A DNA stretch of 35,400 nt. Origin: Trichomonas gallinae (lineage: Eukaryota). Under the pieces are notes generated by a model that did no database searches, had not been told where the DNA came from, and saw nothing but the letters and a program-made list of their open reading frames with translations. Shown in pieces: positions 19,634-30,992 of this stretch. How positions within the stretch are numbered: the stretch's first letter is position 1; the number at the start of each line of letters is the position of its first letter. A program made the position numbers and the translations under genes. Location of the stretch: contig MRSU01004242.1 of the NCBI GenBank assembly GCA_008369845.1, forward strand, positions 1 through 35,400, given 5' to 3'.

Positions 19634-22234
19634 ATGGGAGAAATAGGCGCTGATGAATTCAGAACAATCATCGGACACCTCGTCGATCCAAACTATGATC
19701 AGGAAGCTATGTGCGCTGAGAAAGAAATGCTCATAAATGCTCCTCAATTTTTATCTTTAGCTTTTCAGTTTTTAAATGGACAAATTGAGCTTCCACCGGA
19801 ATACTTGAATAGATTCAATATTTTTGCAACTGGTATTTCTTCAATAATCATTTCTAATAAGAATCATATCATAAGTTTTTATAAAAATAACCCATCAGAT
19901 ACGCCATATCCTTTAATGGAAGCATACTACTTACAGTCAAATGACAGAAATTCAGAATACGCAACAATATTTTATGATTTAAATCCTGAATTTGTGCAAC
20001 AATTAAGGGAAGTCATTAAATCAAGCGAAAACTTCAGTACAGATCTTAATTTAATAAGCAAATATGCATGTTTAATATCTCAACCATTATATTTTGGTAA
20101 TTCCATGCCACATGAACAATTAACCGAGATATTCAAGCTACTCTCGTACTTAGTAAGCAATCAAGAATTTATTAAATACTCTGTTCCTAATTTAACTGGT
20201 ACATTAGAATTTCCGGTTTGTTCAGCCATTTCTTGCTTAATTGATTCTATGTGGGGTCATTCTAGTACCGATACAGAGCAAAATTATTTGAATAACCCTG
20301 AATTTTCCATGGCTCCATTTTATTCAATTTTAGAATTTAGCAAAATAATTCAATTAGATCAATTTTGGAATGTTGTTGCAAATTCTATTAGGTTTTTAAG
20401 TAGTTTTCTGGTTATTTGCAAAACAGATTATGAAAATTCTGAATCAAAAACCCAATTTCTAACAAATAACATTGCTCCAATAGCAGAAAACCTTATTAGT
20501 TTTACATCATATCAACTAGAGAATAATTATAAACAAAATATCGACATTTTCGGAAAAGTTGCAAATATTTTCCAAACAATATTAGTTTTCTTGGACCTAA
20601 ACGTTTTTCTCGTGCCAGTTGTAAAACTAATGATCCAAATGTGCTTCCCATATGGCTACCAAGAAGATATTGAAGATGAATCTTTTTATGAAAACAGCTT
20701 TGACACATATCTAGTCAATATAAATTCATATGATGAAGATCCGAAACTCTCTCCAGCGAATGTAGTTGCAGATTTACTTAATTTAGATAATGAAGAGCTC
20801 CCAATTTGGGATATTTTGATGGAAGAAGCCCTTTCACCAGGTGTTGCATTCATTATTGCCGCCTATGTACAACAATATTTCGATGATGTTCAGGTTTCTT
20901 CTGCAAAACAAGGTGAAATGAAATATAAAGAAGCAATAAAGAATTATATAGAGGCTTATTTACATTCAGAAGCTCCTGATGGTGTGTCACCAGAATTATT
21001 CTATTTTTACGGACTCCTCCTATGCACACTTACTCCTTTATTAGGTATGGAAATGGATTTCCCAGGAGATGAGACAGAAAATGGTTCGCTAGAAGAAAAG
21101 ATTTACAATTCATTACACTTAAGATTCGCTAGATTTTCTATTTTGAGTGGCAATCAAAGTTTTGTTACAGAAGAAATTGCTGAATTTGTTCTACAATGCA
21201 CATTCGAAAATACAACTTACCTCCGTGAAGCGAATAACACAATTACAGCTATTATAAATGCGAATCCAAATATTGTCTCTGAGCATTTAATCGAATTGAT
21301 CAACCATGAATTCCTTGGTATCATTGAATTTCTTGAAGCAATACCTGATTATTCTGGAGCAGAATTTGAAAATGATTTTGCTGGTATGCTCAACCAAGTA
21401 GCACCTATTCTAGAAATAGGTGCTCAGGATCCTGAATTCCAAGAATTTTTCATAGAAAAGTATCCAGGAATTATAAGTTTGGCAAATCTGAAAGATGTTG
21501 TTCCTCCTGAATTATACAACATGCCATTAATTTTGAGTGATTATAGACCAGATTATTATTTGAATTACATTCTAACATTGATAGATAATGACCAATCCTA
21601 TTACATTGCTGACACATTAGGTATTTTTGTAGCAAAGATATATTCTAATCCAAACTTATTATCGCCAGAACATGCCAGAAATTTTGTCATTCAAGCTTTC
21701 CAAAAATTAATAGAAAAATCCGATAATGAGCATGGTATAGGTGATATTGATTTGTTGATGGTAATCCACACGATTATTGCCATTATGTTTAACATGAATG
21801 TTATTGAAAAGGAATTATTGTTAGATTTATTCAAATTTAACGTTAGATTGTTTACGAAATCAACTGATGACATGTTGAATTCCTTGTGTTATTCTCTAAT
21901 TTTTGCTGCAATGGTTGTCAGATATGGTGTCAAGCTTCATTCCCCTTTTATCGACTATTTTATTAATCGTTTTTCACAAGTATATATTCAAGGTGATTTC
22001 AACCGCGCTATATTGGGAACAGCTTTGACATCTTTGTCGGAAATTTGTGACCACAAGCGTGAAGAAACAAGACAATTAGGAATAGCAGTTTTGGCTAATG
22101 GTATTCCTATCAATCCTGAAATAGAAGAATTTGGATTTCATAATGGTATTTTCGCAGAATTTTTGGAAAAAATTCCACGTTTTAATCTATCAACATTTGT
22201 CAAATCTGATGATACAACAAACGAGGATGAATAA
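19634..22234 (+). CDS. Acidic alpha-solenoid (HEAT-like) protein, possibly a divergent importin-7/11-type karyopherin
   Basis: 866 aa, acidic and all-helical in pattern. EDIEDESFYENSFDTY...LSPANVVADLL resembles the importin-7/8/11 'EDP.EY...SP..AA..LL' segment. The CDS is secure; the family call is tentative. Confidence 0.55.
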   Translation: MGEIGADEFRTIIGHLVDPNYDQEAMCAEKEMLINAPQFLSLAFQFLNGQIELPPEYLNRFNIFATGISSIIISNKNHIISFYKNNPSDTPYPLMEAYYLQSNDRNSEYATIFYDLNPEFVQQLREVIKSSENFSTDLNLISKYACLISQPLYFGNSMPHEQLTEIFKLLSYLVSNQEFIKYSVPNLTGTLEFPVCSAISCLIDSMWGHSSTDTEQNYLNNPEFSMAPFYSILEFSKIIQLDQFWNVVANSIRFLSSFLVICKTDYENSESKTQFLTNNIAPIAENLISFTSYQLENNYKQNIDIFGKVANIFQTILVFLDLNVFLVPVVKLMIQMCFPYGYQEDIEDESFYENSFDTYLVNINSYDEDPKLSPANVVADLLNLDNEELPIWDILMEEALSPGVAFIIAAYVQQYFDDVQVSSAKQGEMKYKEAIKNYIEAYLHSEAPDGVSPELFYFYGLLLCTLTPLLGMEMDFPGDETENGSLEEKIYNSLHLRFARFSILSGNQSFVTEEIAEFVLQCTFENTTYLREANNTITAIINANPNIVSEHLIELINHEFLGIIEFLEAIPDYSGAEFENDFAGMLNQVAPILEIGAQDPEFQEFFIEKYPGIISLANLKDVVPPELYNMPLILSDYRPDYYLNYILTLIDNDQSYYIADTLGIFVAKIYSNPNLLSPEHARNFVIQAFQKLIEKSDNEHGIGDIDLLMVIHTIIAIMFNMNVIEKELLLDLFKFNVRLFTKSTDDMLNSLCYSLIFAAMVVRYGVKLHSPFIDYFINRFSQVYIQGDFNRAILGTALTSLSEICDHKREETRQLGIAVLANGIPINPEIEEFGFHNGIFAEFLEKIPRFNLSTFVKSDDTTNEDE

Positions 22235-22534
22235 TATCATTATTTTGTGAAGTAAAATCTTGTTAATAATTATTAATTCCTATTCCAATCATGCGTCATA
22301 TCAAATTTAATTATGGAATATGAATGCATCGAATATCGATTACGAACAAAAAGAAATACTCAAAAATTATAATTTCAATTATAATTTTTATAATCAAACT
22401 TCGGATTAAACTTTATATTAATATGCTCATGCGTAAGTTATAACTAATTTCTTTTTTTTTTTGGAGAGAATCAGTTAAAAGAAACAAAACATTTTATAAA
22501 ATTACATACAAATATAAACATACAAAATAAATAG

Positions 22535-25500
22535 TTATTGATCTACGGTATAGTTATGGAGTATTTTCGAATAATCAGAATCGAACTGACTAATAACTAG
22601 ACTGATTACCGGTCCACAGATAGGATCAGAGAAAATATCTGTGAAAATTCGCTTGAAGCGCTGGTCAATTTCTAAATCGATAAGATCTGTCATATATGTT
22701 GCTAGAATAATTTCAACAAACTTGTGAATTCCAGGAACAAGAATAGATGAATCCTGCTGAGGGTCTTCATTCGCTTTCTCTGGATTGGCTGACATCAAAA
22801 TACGAACAAAGCTGTGCGATAATTGATCCGCCAAAGTTAAATAAACAGTGCGGCTCTTTTCTGTAGGCGTTGTGAAAGGAAGATGAGTGAACCATTGTGA
22901 TATCATGTCGAAGGTCGCCGAATCTTCTAAAGTGTTGATCAAATAAGTGAGAAGGAAAGTAACACCATCAATGGCAGTTTTTGCAAATTCTCCTTGCTGA
23001 TCGAAAACTGAAAGAGCCGCGTAGGATATCTGAGTAGCTCTTTCTAACATTGTATCATCAAGAATACCAGTATCCACGAGCATTCCCATGCAAAAGAAGG
23101 AAGATGCAGCAATATTGTAATCTTGATTTTGACATGAATTACAAATATAATGAAAAACAGCGGAAATTTTTTCTGGTGTCAGATTTTCTTGGCATCTCAA
23201 CATTGATGTCCAACAGTTCAACGAAACAATTGATGCGTGTGATGGATCCATGGGCAAGAGCTGAGCTAAGTTGCTTTCGAAAAATGCACATGTTTTCTGT
23301 TCAAAATGTTGAAATAGTAACAGCAAAACATCTGTGACAGCAAGTTCCATTTCGCTGCACATTCCATTTGTTTCTGCACAAGATATTATTGCTTTGAGTG
23401 AGAGAGGAATATGCTCGAGGATCTCATTGACACTGTCTTCATCAGCACTTTTGATTCTAATCAGTGTTTCTAGAGCAAATGAGAGAGTTTTGAACAGTTC
23501 AACGATAACTGTTGGTTTGAGTTCAGGTTGCTCAAGTATTATATAAACTAATCTGCACATGTGTAAAATAAATTGCGACGCATGTTGAATTGAATGTATT
23601 GATAATAATGTTGCTGACTCTTTAAGACAATCTAGAGCAATGATTTGCGTCTGCGGAAGAGGAAAATAAAAGCATGCGGGAGCTGCGGCTTTGCAAAATT
23701 GTTGAATGTAAGGAACAAATATTTGTCCGGAAGCCTTCATAATAATTTTGAGGGCAGAGAGTGCCGATTCGTAAACTTGTAGCTCCTCTTTTCTCATCTC
23801 AAGGAATGATGAGTCCATGAGGAAGTTGTACATTTCTCGCGACATGTTTCTCATGAATGGATCAAATTGCTGATGAGTGTTGAACTTCGGACGGTTTTGT
23901 ACAATTTCCAAAAGTTTTTCGATGACAGGGATAATAAATTCTTCACCAGAAACCTCGACACTCATTGATACAATGGAGCTGAGTGTTGTCTGTAGCTGAA
24001 CTATCTCGTTTTGCGTCAGAAAATTCCAATCAGAGTCGATGACAGTCGAAATAAACCACTGTGAATCTGATTGAAGTCTTTCTTTGTCAACACAGCAGCA
24101 TAAATAGCCAAAGCATTCAATCGCTCGTGCGCGGAGCAAAGATAGACTTGGGTCACCTTCTTGGTTATCAACAGTTATAATATTTCTAAGCTCCTCGATG
24201 ATTATTGGATAAAATGCTGCCATTTCTTCTCCCAAGCTTCTTAAAAATGTGCAAATACATCTCAAAATCGCATTAAGTCTAAGTGGACATGCTTCAGTTG
24301 AGAGCAGGATCATTGTGTTGATTAAGTCCTGGTGTGATTCTCGAAGATCTTCAACACTACTCTGTTCGCATAACAGTGATAAAGCAAAAATTTCAGCGAT
24401 CAAAGCTTTTTCTTCTGTTTCGTTCGACATAGCAGTCAGGAAAGCTGAAAGAACATCAGGAAGTTTTATGAATTCTTTGAAGAATACACAACCTTGTGAA
24501 AAAGCGAGAAATGACGCAACGCGACAAACAGGAGAAGAATCAGAAAATCTTTCAACTAATGCTGATATAATTTCTGCCTTTTCATCAATGAAAGCATGCG
24601 ATGTTGATATTAAGCATTCCAAGGCTTTAAGCGATGCATATCTTTCGCACCAGTTTTCAGAGTTGATGCATGATTTAACAGCATTTAAAATTATCTGAGT
24701 AAAAAGAGGCTGCAAATTTTGGACTCCTCCCATTGTACACAAATGCTGATAAGCTATGTCTGACATCTGGGTGTCATCTTCACAGGGCGAAAAGCTAGAG
24801 TCGTCTGTTTCTTCGAGAATAGAAAACAAAGCTTCGACAATATTTGGCAAATATTTAATTTCTTCAACAGTTCTTGTAATTATTTGGCAAGCGACTTCTA
24901 TTGCGTTAATTCTGCAGCCTTCATCTAGGTTTTTGTCTGTAAATATTGCTATAACAATTGGAATCAAGTCATCGAGAATTGGGAAAACGAATTTTGGCTT
25001 TTTTGCAATGAAAATCGCAAGATTTAGTAACATTTGAGATAGTAGACCTTGCTGCAGTTGTGATATCAATGAAGGAATCGCATTTGAAAGACTTTGTAAT
25101 TCGGCTGGAATATCATCATCAGGAATGATCGTGTAAATAAAGCGCATCATAGCTACTGATGCTGCAGGCATCGAATTATCCTGCAGTGTCATAGTTATGA
25201 TTTGTAACGTTTGAGTTTGATCAAGTTGAATCGTATCTTTGAAATCTGTGATGACTTGTATGGCGCAATCGATTGCTGGTGCCCTAATATTAGGCGGATA
25301 TGTAAGAATTATTTGATAAATTTCTGGAATGAATTTCTCAAATGAATTTAAATGAATGTAAACTGATGCTATTGATGCTACAGCTGTCGACAGATAATTT
25401 AAATTTGTTTCTGGGAATATATTTGCTGAAAAATACGAGATTAGCTTATTTTGGATAAAATTATGGTAATTTCCGGGAATTAAATTGAAAACTTCCTGTT

Positions 25501-25708
25501 TAAACGGCACAAATATGTGTTTTAGCAGGATTAACGAAAGCATTTGATGCGTTTTATTCGGCGAAGTTTCTATTACATTGAATAAACACTGTATAACATT
25601 CGACGGATCTGTATTAACGAGCTGCCAGAATGACTCTTCATATAGATTCCGCTGATCGTTATCAGGCGCAAGAAGATTATGGAGGATCAGCCCAATCTGT
25701 TCCTCCAT
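22535..25708 (-). CDS. Importin-beta family HEAT-repeat karyopherin (importin-4/5, Pse1/Kap123-like)
   Basis: N-terminal LLAPDNDQRNLYEESF, SENWCERYASLKAL, DSSPVCRVAS, LLRARAIECFGYLCCCVDKERL (compare [21 protein letters not shown]) and WFTHLPF; 1057 aa. Confidence 0.82.
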   Translation of the reverse strand: MEEQIGLILHNLLAPDNDQRNLYEESFWQLVNTDPSNVIQCLFNVIETSPNKTHQMLSLILLKHIFVPFKQEVFNLIPGNYHNFIQNKLISYFSANIFPETNLNYLSTAVASIASVYIHLNSFEKFIPEIYQIILTYPPNIRAPAIDCAIQVITDFKDTIQLDQTQTLQIITMTLQDNSMPAASVAMMRFIYTIIPDDDIPAELQSLSNAIPSLISQLQQGLLSQMLLNLAIFIAKKPKFVFPILDDLIPIVIAIFTDKNLDEGCRINAIEVACQIITRTVEEIKYLPNIVEALFSILEETDDSSFSPCEDDTQMSDIAYQHLCTMGGVQNLQPLFTQIILNAVKSCINSENWCERYASLKALECLISTSHAFIDEKAEIISALVERFSDSSPVCRVASFLAFSQGCVFFKEFIKLPDVLSAFLTAMSNETEEKALIAEIFALSLLCEQSSVEDLRESHQDLINTMILLSTEACPLRLNAILRCICTFLRSLGEEMAAFYPIIIEELRNIITVDNQEGDPSLSLLRARAIECFGYLCCCVDKERLQSDSQWFISTVIDSDWNFLTQNEIVQLQTTLSSIVSMSVEVSGEEFIIPVIEKLLEIVQNRPKFNTHQQFDPFMRNMSREMYNFLMDSSFLEMRKEELQVYESALSALKIIMKASGQIFVPYIQQFCKAAAPACFYFPLPQTQIIALDCLKESATLLSIHSIQHASQFILHMCRLVYIILEQPELKPTVIVELFKTLSFALETLIRIKSADEDSVNEILEHIPLSLKAIISCAETNGMCSEMELAVTDVLLLLFQHFEQKTCAFFESNLAQLLPMDPSHASIVSLNCWTSMLRCQENLTPEKISAVFHYICNSCQNQDYNIAASSFFCMGMLVDTGILDDTMLERATQISYAALSVFDQQGEFAKTAIDGVTFLLTYLINTLEDSATFDMISQWFTHLPFTTPTEKSRTVYLTLADQLSHSFVRILMSANPEKANEDPQQDSSILVPGIHKFVEIILATYMTDLIDLEIDQRFKRIFTDIFSDPICGPVISLVISQFDSDYSKILHNYTVDQ

Positions 25709-26610
25709 AATCTTCTTCTAAATTATCGAAAAATCGTTGGAACAAAAAAGTGAAAAATTTTAGGAAATCGCATAGATAAAAATCATTAATTTATTTATAA
25801 AATAATATATCTAAGTATATATTAATATTTATATTATTTTTATTTTCATTTTAATCACTAGATATGAAAATAAATCAAAAAGAAAATTCTAAATAATATA
25901 CGACTCAGTGATGAATAAAATGAAGTTATCACATTTTTGCTATTACTATATGCATATGATACATCTTGTTTTTCCTTTTCTAAATACAAATACGACATAT
26001 AACATTCTTTATTTTTTTGCATATATTATCAACTATAATGACTTGTAATATCTTAATATATTGGAGGAACTCTCATGAAAATTATGTTTTTATATCATAT
26101 AACTCTATTTATAAATAAAATTTAAACAAACAAAATATTTCATTAATAATCATGACTTACAAATGCATATCTAAATTTAAAGTCAATAACTATGATATTT
26201 TAACTTGATAGACTTTAATATTACATAGTTGTAAACTTTCGATATAAAATAGCAGAATCAATTACACAGAAATCATTGTTCTTTATAATTATATAGATAT
26301 AAACCATTCTATATTGCTTTTATAAGGCACAAATATTAGTTTACATCAATGATATTCATTCATAATAATTTTTTTTGATTTCCCTGAGTCTGAAATATGT
26401 GTTATCTTTGACAAAAAGTCATTTTCCTGCTCTGAAACAGTTACAAAATATTTTCATAAAATAAACAAATTTTATTATTAGGAATCATAATGAATAATGA
26501 AAAATATAACTCCATATCAATGCTCTTATTGTTATTTTAATACTCAAAGATCACCAAATCATTATCAAAAAAATCATGTTTCCTATGATGAGGAAAAAAA
26601 AAAAATAAAA

Positions 26611-26618
26611 AACCGTTT
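26611..26618 (+). promoter_or_regulatory. M3-type element AACCGTTT
   Basis: Fits DRCSGYTD and lies 27 nt before ATG 26646. Confidence 0.5.
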
Positions 26619-26645
26619 CAAAAAAAGGGGGAAAAAATTATAAAA

Positions 26646-29564
26646 ATGCAGGATTATCACCTTCTTCAGCAGATTGGAGAAGGTTCTTTCGGTCGTGTTT
26701 ACAAGGCAAGAAGGAAATTCACTGGAAGACTTGTTGCTATTAAAATGATCAATAAATTAGGACAATCGAAAGACGATTTATTATCATTTAGACGTGAAAT
26801 CGATATTTTAAAGAAAGTAAAGCACCCAAATATTATGTGTATGCTAGATATGTTCGAATCTGATACTGATTTCAACGTTGTTTCCGAACTCGCGCGTGGA
26901 GATTTATTCCAGATCATTGACGACAATCAAACACTTCCAGAAGAAGTATTAAAGACTGTAGCAGCACAACTTACATCAGCTTTAGCTTATTTACACAAAA
27001 ATAAAATTATTCATCGCGATATGAAGCCGCAAAACATTTTAATTACAAATAAAGGAGCTCTTAAGCTCTGTGACTTTGGCTTCGCTCGTGCGTTGTCAAG
27101 TACAACTCTATTTTTGAACTCAATTAAAGGTACTCCACTTTATATGGCTCCAGAACTTGTTCAAGAGCAGAGATACGATGAAAAAATTGATGTTTGGTCT
27201 CTTGGTATCATTTTATACGAATTGTTTTATGGACAACCTCCATTTTTCACAAATTCGATTTATAAATTAATTCAAATGATCGTTAACGACCCAATCCAGT
27301 GGCCAGGACCAATTTCAGAGAACTTCAAGAGCTTTTTACTGAAAATGCTGCAAAAAGATCCAGCAGATAGAATTTCATGCGAAGAATTGCTTCAACATCC
27401 ATTCATTGCTGACGTAAAACTCAAAGATTTTGATGACCACGTCTACCAGTTCAAATCCAAGCAATTTGAGGAAGCAATTAGCGAATCTCTTTCTCCAGAA
27501 GCTCCAATTCCATTCAATCCGCCGAAATCCAAACTTCCTGACTTCCAGTCTATCTTTGTGAACCCGTCTGTTCGCTCTCCAGAAGAACTGCTCCTCGCTG
27601 TGAAGTATCTAAGAGAATTGCATGCTGGAGGAGATTCTCCGCTCGCTGCATCATTTTCTTTCCATTTCAAGGAATTTATTTCGAAACCGATTGTTTTGGA
27701 AGAAGCTTTAATGTGTGCCACAGAGCTGCTCGCTGTTGACAAGGATAAATTCATCAATCCTTTCTCTGTCGGTCTCCAAGTTTTCGGAATGAACGAGATG
27801 CCAATATGTGCCGTCAACTTCTTCACTAATTTGTTGAGTGTTCCTTATGCAGCGGCAGCTATAAATTATTCAGATCCACCAATAACAGATCTTCAACTCA
27901 ACCAAGAACGCGCAGAAAAGCTCAGAGACAGACTGCTTTCTTTCCTTTTCGCGCCTGACGTCCAAGCGGTTGAGCGTACATATGTCTTCTTAGCATATTT
28001 GACACAATCATCTGACATTTTGCTCAACTCATTATGTGGTGATTTTGCTCCACAGTTCGTTCCAATTGCAACGAGCGCTGTTATTCACCATCCTTCTCCT
28101 GCTGTTAAAGCTGCTGCTTTCTGCATTTTGACAAAAATTGTCGACAAAAATAATTCATTAATCAAATATATCCAGCCAATCTCTGGATTCGTTGAATCAC
28201 TTTTCCAGATTGTTTCAGGAGACTTGGATTCTGTCTGCAACTTCTGCGTTTTCTCTAGCGCGATTTCTTTCATTGCTGTTTCTGTTAATTTACTTGCGCA
28301 AATATCAGAATTTCAGCAGAAGTTTTCTGTCAGACAAAGTTTGAGCAACATGCAGCAGTTCGTTGACGGAATATTCTGCGGAAAGGAAGGAATTGAATCA
28401 AGATTATCTATTTTAATGGAAGTCGGCGCAAAAATGCCAGAAACTGATCAAGAAATATTAAGCTATGTTTCAATTTTGTCTTCTCCATTTGCTCATGTGC
28501 CAATGAAAGAGAAAATCCTTCAGCAATGTATTATCGGCATCGCGTCATTGTTGCCAATACATCAGCCAGCTTTGCTGTCAACGATCTTCACTCTTCCGTT
28601 CAATTTAGTTTGCCCAACACTACCATCATTATTAGGTTTATTCAGCTCACCTTCAAACGCAACTGTTATTTCAGAGTACATTACAGCAGTCATCGCTGAG
28701 CCAGAAAATGTTAAGAGCTTAATAACAGTTTTAACACAGAACAAATACTTGACAGTTGTAGCAGGCTTGATTTCTGAAATGGGTCCGCAAATTCCTCCAC
28801 AAGTTATGTATGCTTGGACACAAGTTCTTTTGTCGTTCAGAGAGCCAACAGAAATTTTGTTGCACACAGCACCGCAGTTATTGCAGACATTATTTGCTTT
28901 GGATTCGGCAGCTGAGACATCATTAATGGTTGCTGCACATTTGGCAAGATTATCTGACGCTTTCATACCAGCACTTTTGGATGCAAACGTTTTAGTTTTG
29001 ACAGAGAGAGCTTTGCAGAGTGAAGCAGTCCAAATAAGAATCGCTGCATTAGGATTCATCGGAAACTTCACTAGAAGAGAACCACTTCCTGAAGAAGCAG
29101 TTGATGCATTAGGTCCTTACATTGTCTCACACCTTAGAGATGAGAACCAGCAAGCGCAGAGGCAAGCAGCATTCGCCATGGGCAACTTATTGACGAAGAA
29201 TTCATCAGCTGTTGATTTTATTTTGAAAGACATTTCTGCGCCGATTGAACTCTTGCAGTCGACTGATTCTAGGACTGTTGAAAATGCCGCTGGTGTCCTA
29301 GGCAATATAGTGAGAAGGAAGCAATCCGTGCTCGATCAGATGATACAGGCAGGTGCTTTGGATTTGATGGTTAAAGCACTTGGATATGGGGAAGAAACAG
29401 GAGGAAAAGTTTTGCTGCAAATTGCGGTTTTCTGCCAATACAAGCAAGCGAGAACCTACTTGGTGAAGAATGGAGCACAGAAGTCAATACAGATGTATAC
29501 AAAAGCGAAAGATCCAAGAGTGAAGAAATATGCACAATCAATTTTGGATTCCTTCGAAGTGTAA
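26646..29564 (+). CDS. STK36: Fused/STK36-type (ULK family) Ser/Thr kinase with C-terminal ARM/HEAT repeats
   Basis: IGEGSFGRVYKARRKFTGRLVAIK, REIDIL, GDLFQIIDD, HRDMKPQNIL, KLCDFGFARALS, SIKGTPLYMAPELVQEQRYD and GQPPFFTNSIYKLI. C-terminal AAFAMGNL and NAAGVLGNIVR ARM repeats. Confidence 0.92.
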   Translation: MQDYHLLQQIGEGSFGRVYKARRKFTGRLVAIKMINKLGQSKDDLLSFRREIDILKKVKHPNIMCMLDMFESDTDFNVVSELARGDLFQIIDDNQTLPEEVLKTVAAQLTSALAYLHKNKIIHRDMKPQNILITNKGALKLCDFGFARALSSTTLFLNSIKGTPLYMAPELVQEQRYDEKIDVWSLGIILYELFYGQPPFFTNSIYKLIQMIVNDPIQWPGPISENFKSFLLKMLQKDPADRISCEELLQHPFIADVKLKDFDDHVYQFKSKQFEEAISESLSPEAPIPFNPPKSKLPDFQSIFVNPSVRSPEELLLAVKYLRELHAGGDSPLAASFSFHFKEFISKPIVLEEALMCATELLAVDKDKFINPFSVGLQVFGMNEMPICAVNFFTNLLSVPYAAAAINYSDPPITDLQLNQERAEKLRDRLLSFLFAPDVQAVERTYVFLAYLTQSSDILLNSLCGDFAPQFVPIATSAVIHHPSPAVKAAAFCILTKIVDKNNSLIKYIQPISGFVESLFQIVSGDLDSVCNFCVFSSAISFIAVSVNLLAQISEFQQKFSVRQSLSNMQQFVDGIFCGKEGIESRLSILMEVGAKMPETDQEILSYVSILSSPFAHVPMKEKILQQCIIGIASLLPIHQPALLSTIFTLPFNLVCPTLPSLLGLFSSPSNATVISEYITAVIAEPENVKSLITVLTQNKYLTVVAGLISEMGPQIPPQVMYAWTQVLLSFREPTEILLHTAPQLLQTLFALDSAAETSLMVAAHLARLSDAFIPALLDANVLVLTERALQSEAVQIRIAALGFIGNFTRREPLPEEAVDALGPYIVSHLRDENQQAQRQAAFAMGNLLTKNSSAVDFILKDISAPIELLQSTDSRTVENAAGVLGNIVRRKQSVLDQMIQAGALDLMVKALGYGEETGGKVLLQIAVFCQYKQARTYLVKNGAQKSIQMYTKAKDPRVKKYAQSILDSFEV

Positions 29565-29684
29565 GTTAAAAATCATGTTTAATTTTAACATATATTATAA
29601 TATTAAACGCATATTTATATCCTATGAATACAAAATTAATTAAATTTAGTTTATTTAGTTAACTTTTCTATATATTTATTGGAA

Positions 29685-30317
29685 TCAACAATCTGATGAA
29701 ATAAAAACAAATATTTCAAAAGCAATACACTGAATCTGAATATATAAAATTTCTTCTGTTTCAAGATAATATTTTCTATCAATACGAGCCCATAATCTTA
29801 TATATTCTCTCTCATATCGTGTTTTTTCACCATCAGCTCCAATAGGAATTGCAGGATAATTACTAGCTTCATACATTCCAATTGAAAAATGCCAGTTTTG
29901 TGAATGAGGATTTCCATCTATATATGTAAAGTGTTGATTAGGCTTATAAAGCAGCGTTCTTCGGCATAATCCACGGAAAGGGACAATATTATCTGTATAC
30001 ATTGAATTTGGCATTATCACTTGAAATGCAGGTGCAGGCATACCAGAATTTTCAGTACACATGTGTGGAAAATATTGTTGCCTAAAATAAAATAATCCAT
30101 TAACTTTTGATTCGAAGATGAATTCATACGAGTTGCTAGGCTTGATATATACATTGTAAGCACGATTAATAATTGAGTATTTAGTAGAATGATTGCGACA
30201 CTCTAAAGCTTCATCAGCATTTTTGAAATACTCGAGCTTTCTCACATCATGCTCGAATATCTTTAAAATTAGATGACCATAAAATGTTTTATATACTAAC
30301 TCATTGCGTAAAACCAA
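29685..30317 (-). CDS. Hypothetical protein E with hydrophobic C-terminal tail and no N-terminal ATG
   Basis: 210 open codons (LKIFEHD..YFKNADEALEC..KYSII..YEFIFE..FRGL..TYIDGNP..WHFSIG..RLWAR), which look like a globular domain. The frame is closed by TAA two codons above TTG 30317, and the first in-frame ATG is at 30062 (residue 86). Confidence 0.65.
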   Translation of the reverse strand: MVLRNELVYKTFYGHLILKIFEHDVRKLEYFKNADEALECRNHSTKYSIINRAYNVYIKPSNSYEFIFESKVNGLFYFRQQYFPHMCTENSGMPAPAFQVIMPNSMYTDNIVPFRGLCRRTLLYKPNQHFTYIDGNPHSQNWHFSIGMYEASNYPAIPIGADGEKTRYEREYIRLWARIDRKYYLETEEILYIQIQCIAFEIFVFISSDC

Positions 30318-30992
30318 ATATTAAAATCGATATGAAGATCAATCATTCAAACATCATATAAAATGAATCGTAAACTTGCACCTATTGATCACTACAAGAT
30401 ATCACCCTATACATCATACCTAGGAATGATAATAAAAACATTTTAAAAATAAAAAAAATCAATTTATAATAGCAAATATAATTTTTTATTACATCTGTAA
30501 TAAATATATCTATTTCCTTAATTATAATAGTAAAATCAAGAATTTAAACTTTACATGACAAAAATTATAGTTTATTGACAAAATTTGTGATTACATGACA
30601 AAATTATTTAAAGTTTTGATCAAATTTTTATAATTTTATCAAGATTTATTTTTATATGAGTCGCAACAAAAGTGTCCATATTATCCAACTGTTGTTATTT
30701 CTAAAATTTTATAAGCATTCTTTTTGTAATTCCGAGTAATTGAAGATAACCACAATACATAGCATTAACTCTTAGAATTACAATATATAACAGGAGCATC
30801 TGTGGATGTCAAAGATTTTCAGTTCATTTGCAGGGGTTCGATTGAAATTTAATCAAATTTATCTTGATTAGCTTTATATTGTGTTTATATTATCGTAAAG
30901 ACATGACTGATAATATAATGGACATTGGATTTTAGATTTGAAAATAAATTCGAAAAATTTATGATTTTGTTCACCGTCAGTATTTCATTGGT

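Noticed and set aside
30830..30845. GGTTCGATT T-loop-like sequence
   Set aside because: No T-stem complement or cloverleaf around it, so it is not a tRNA.
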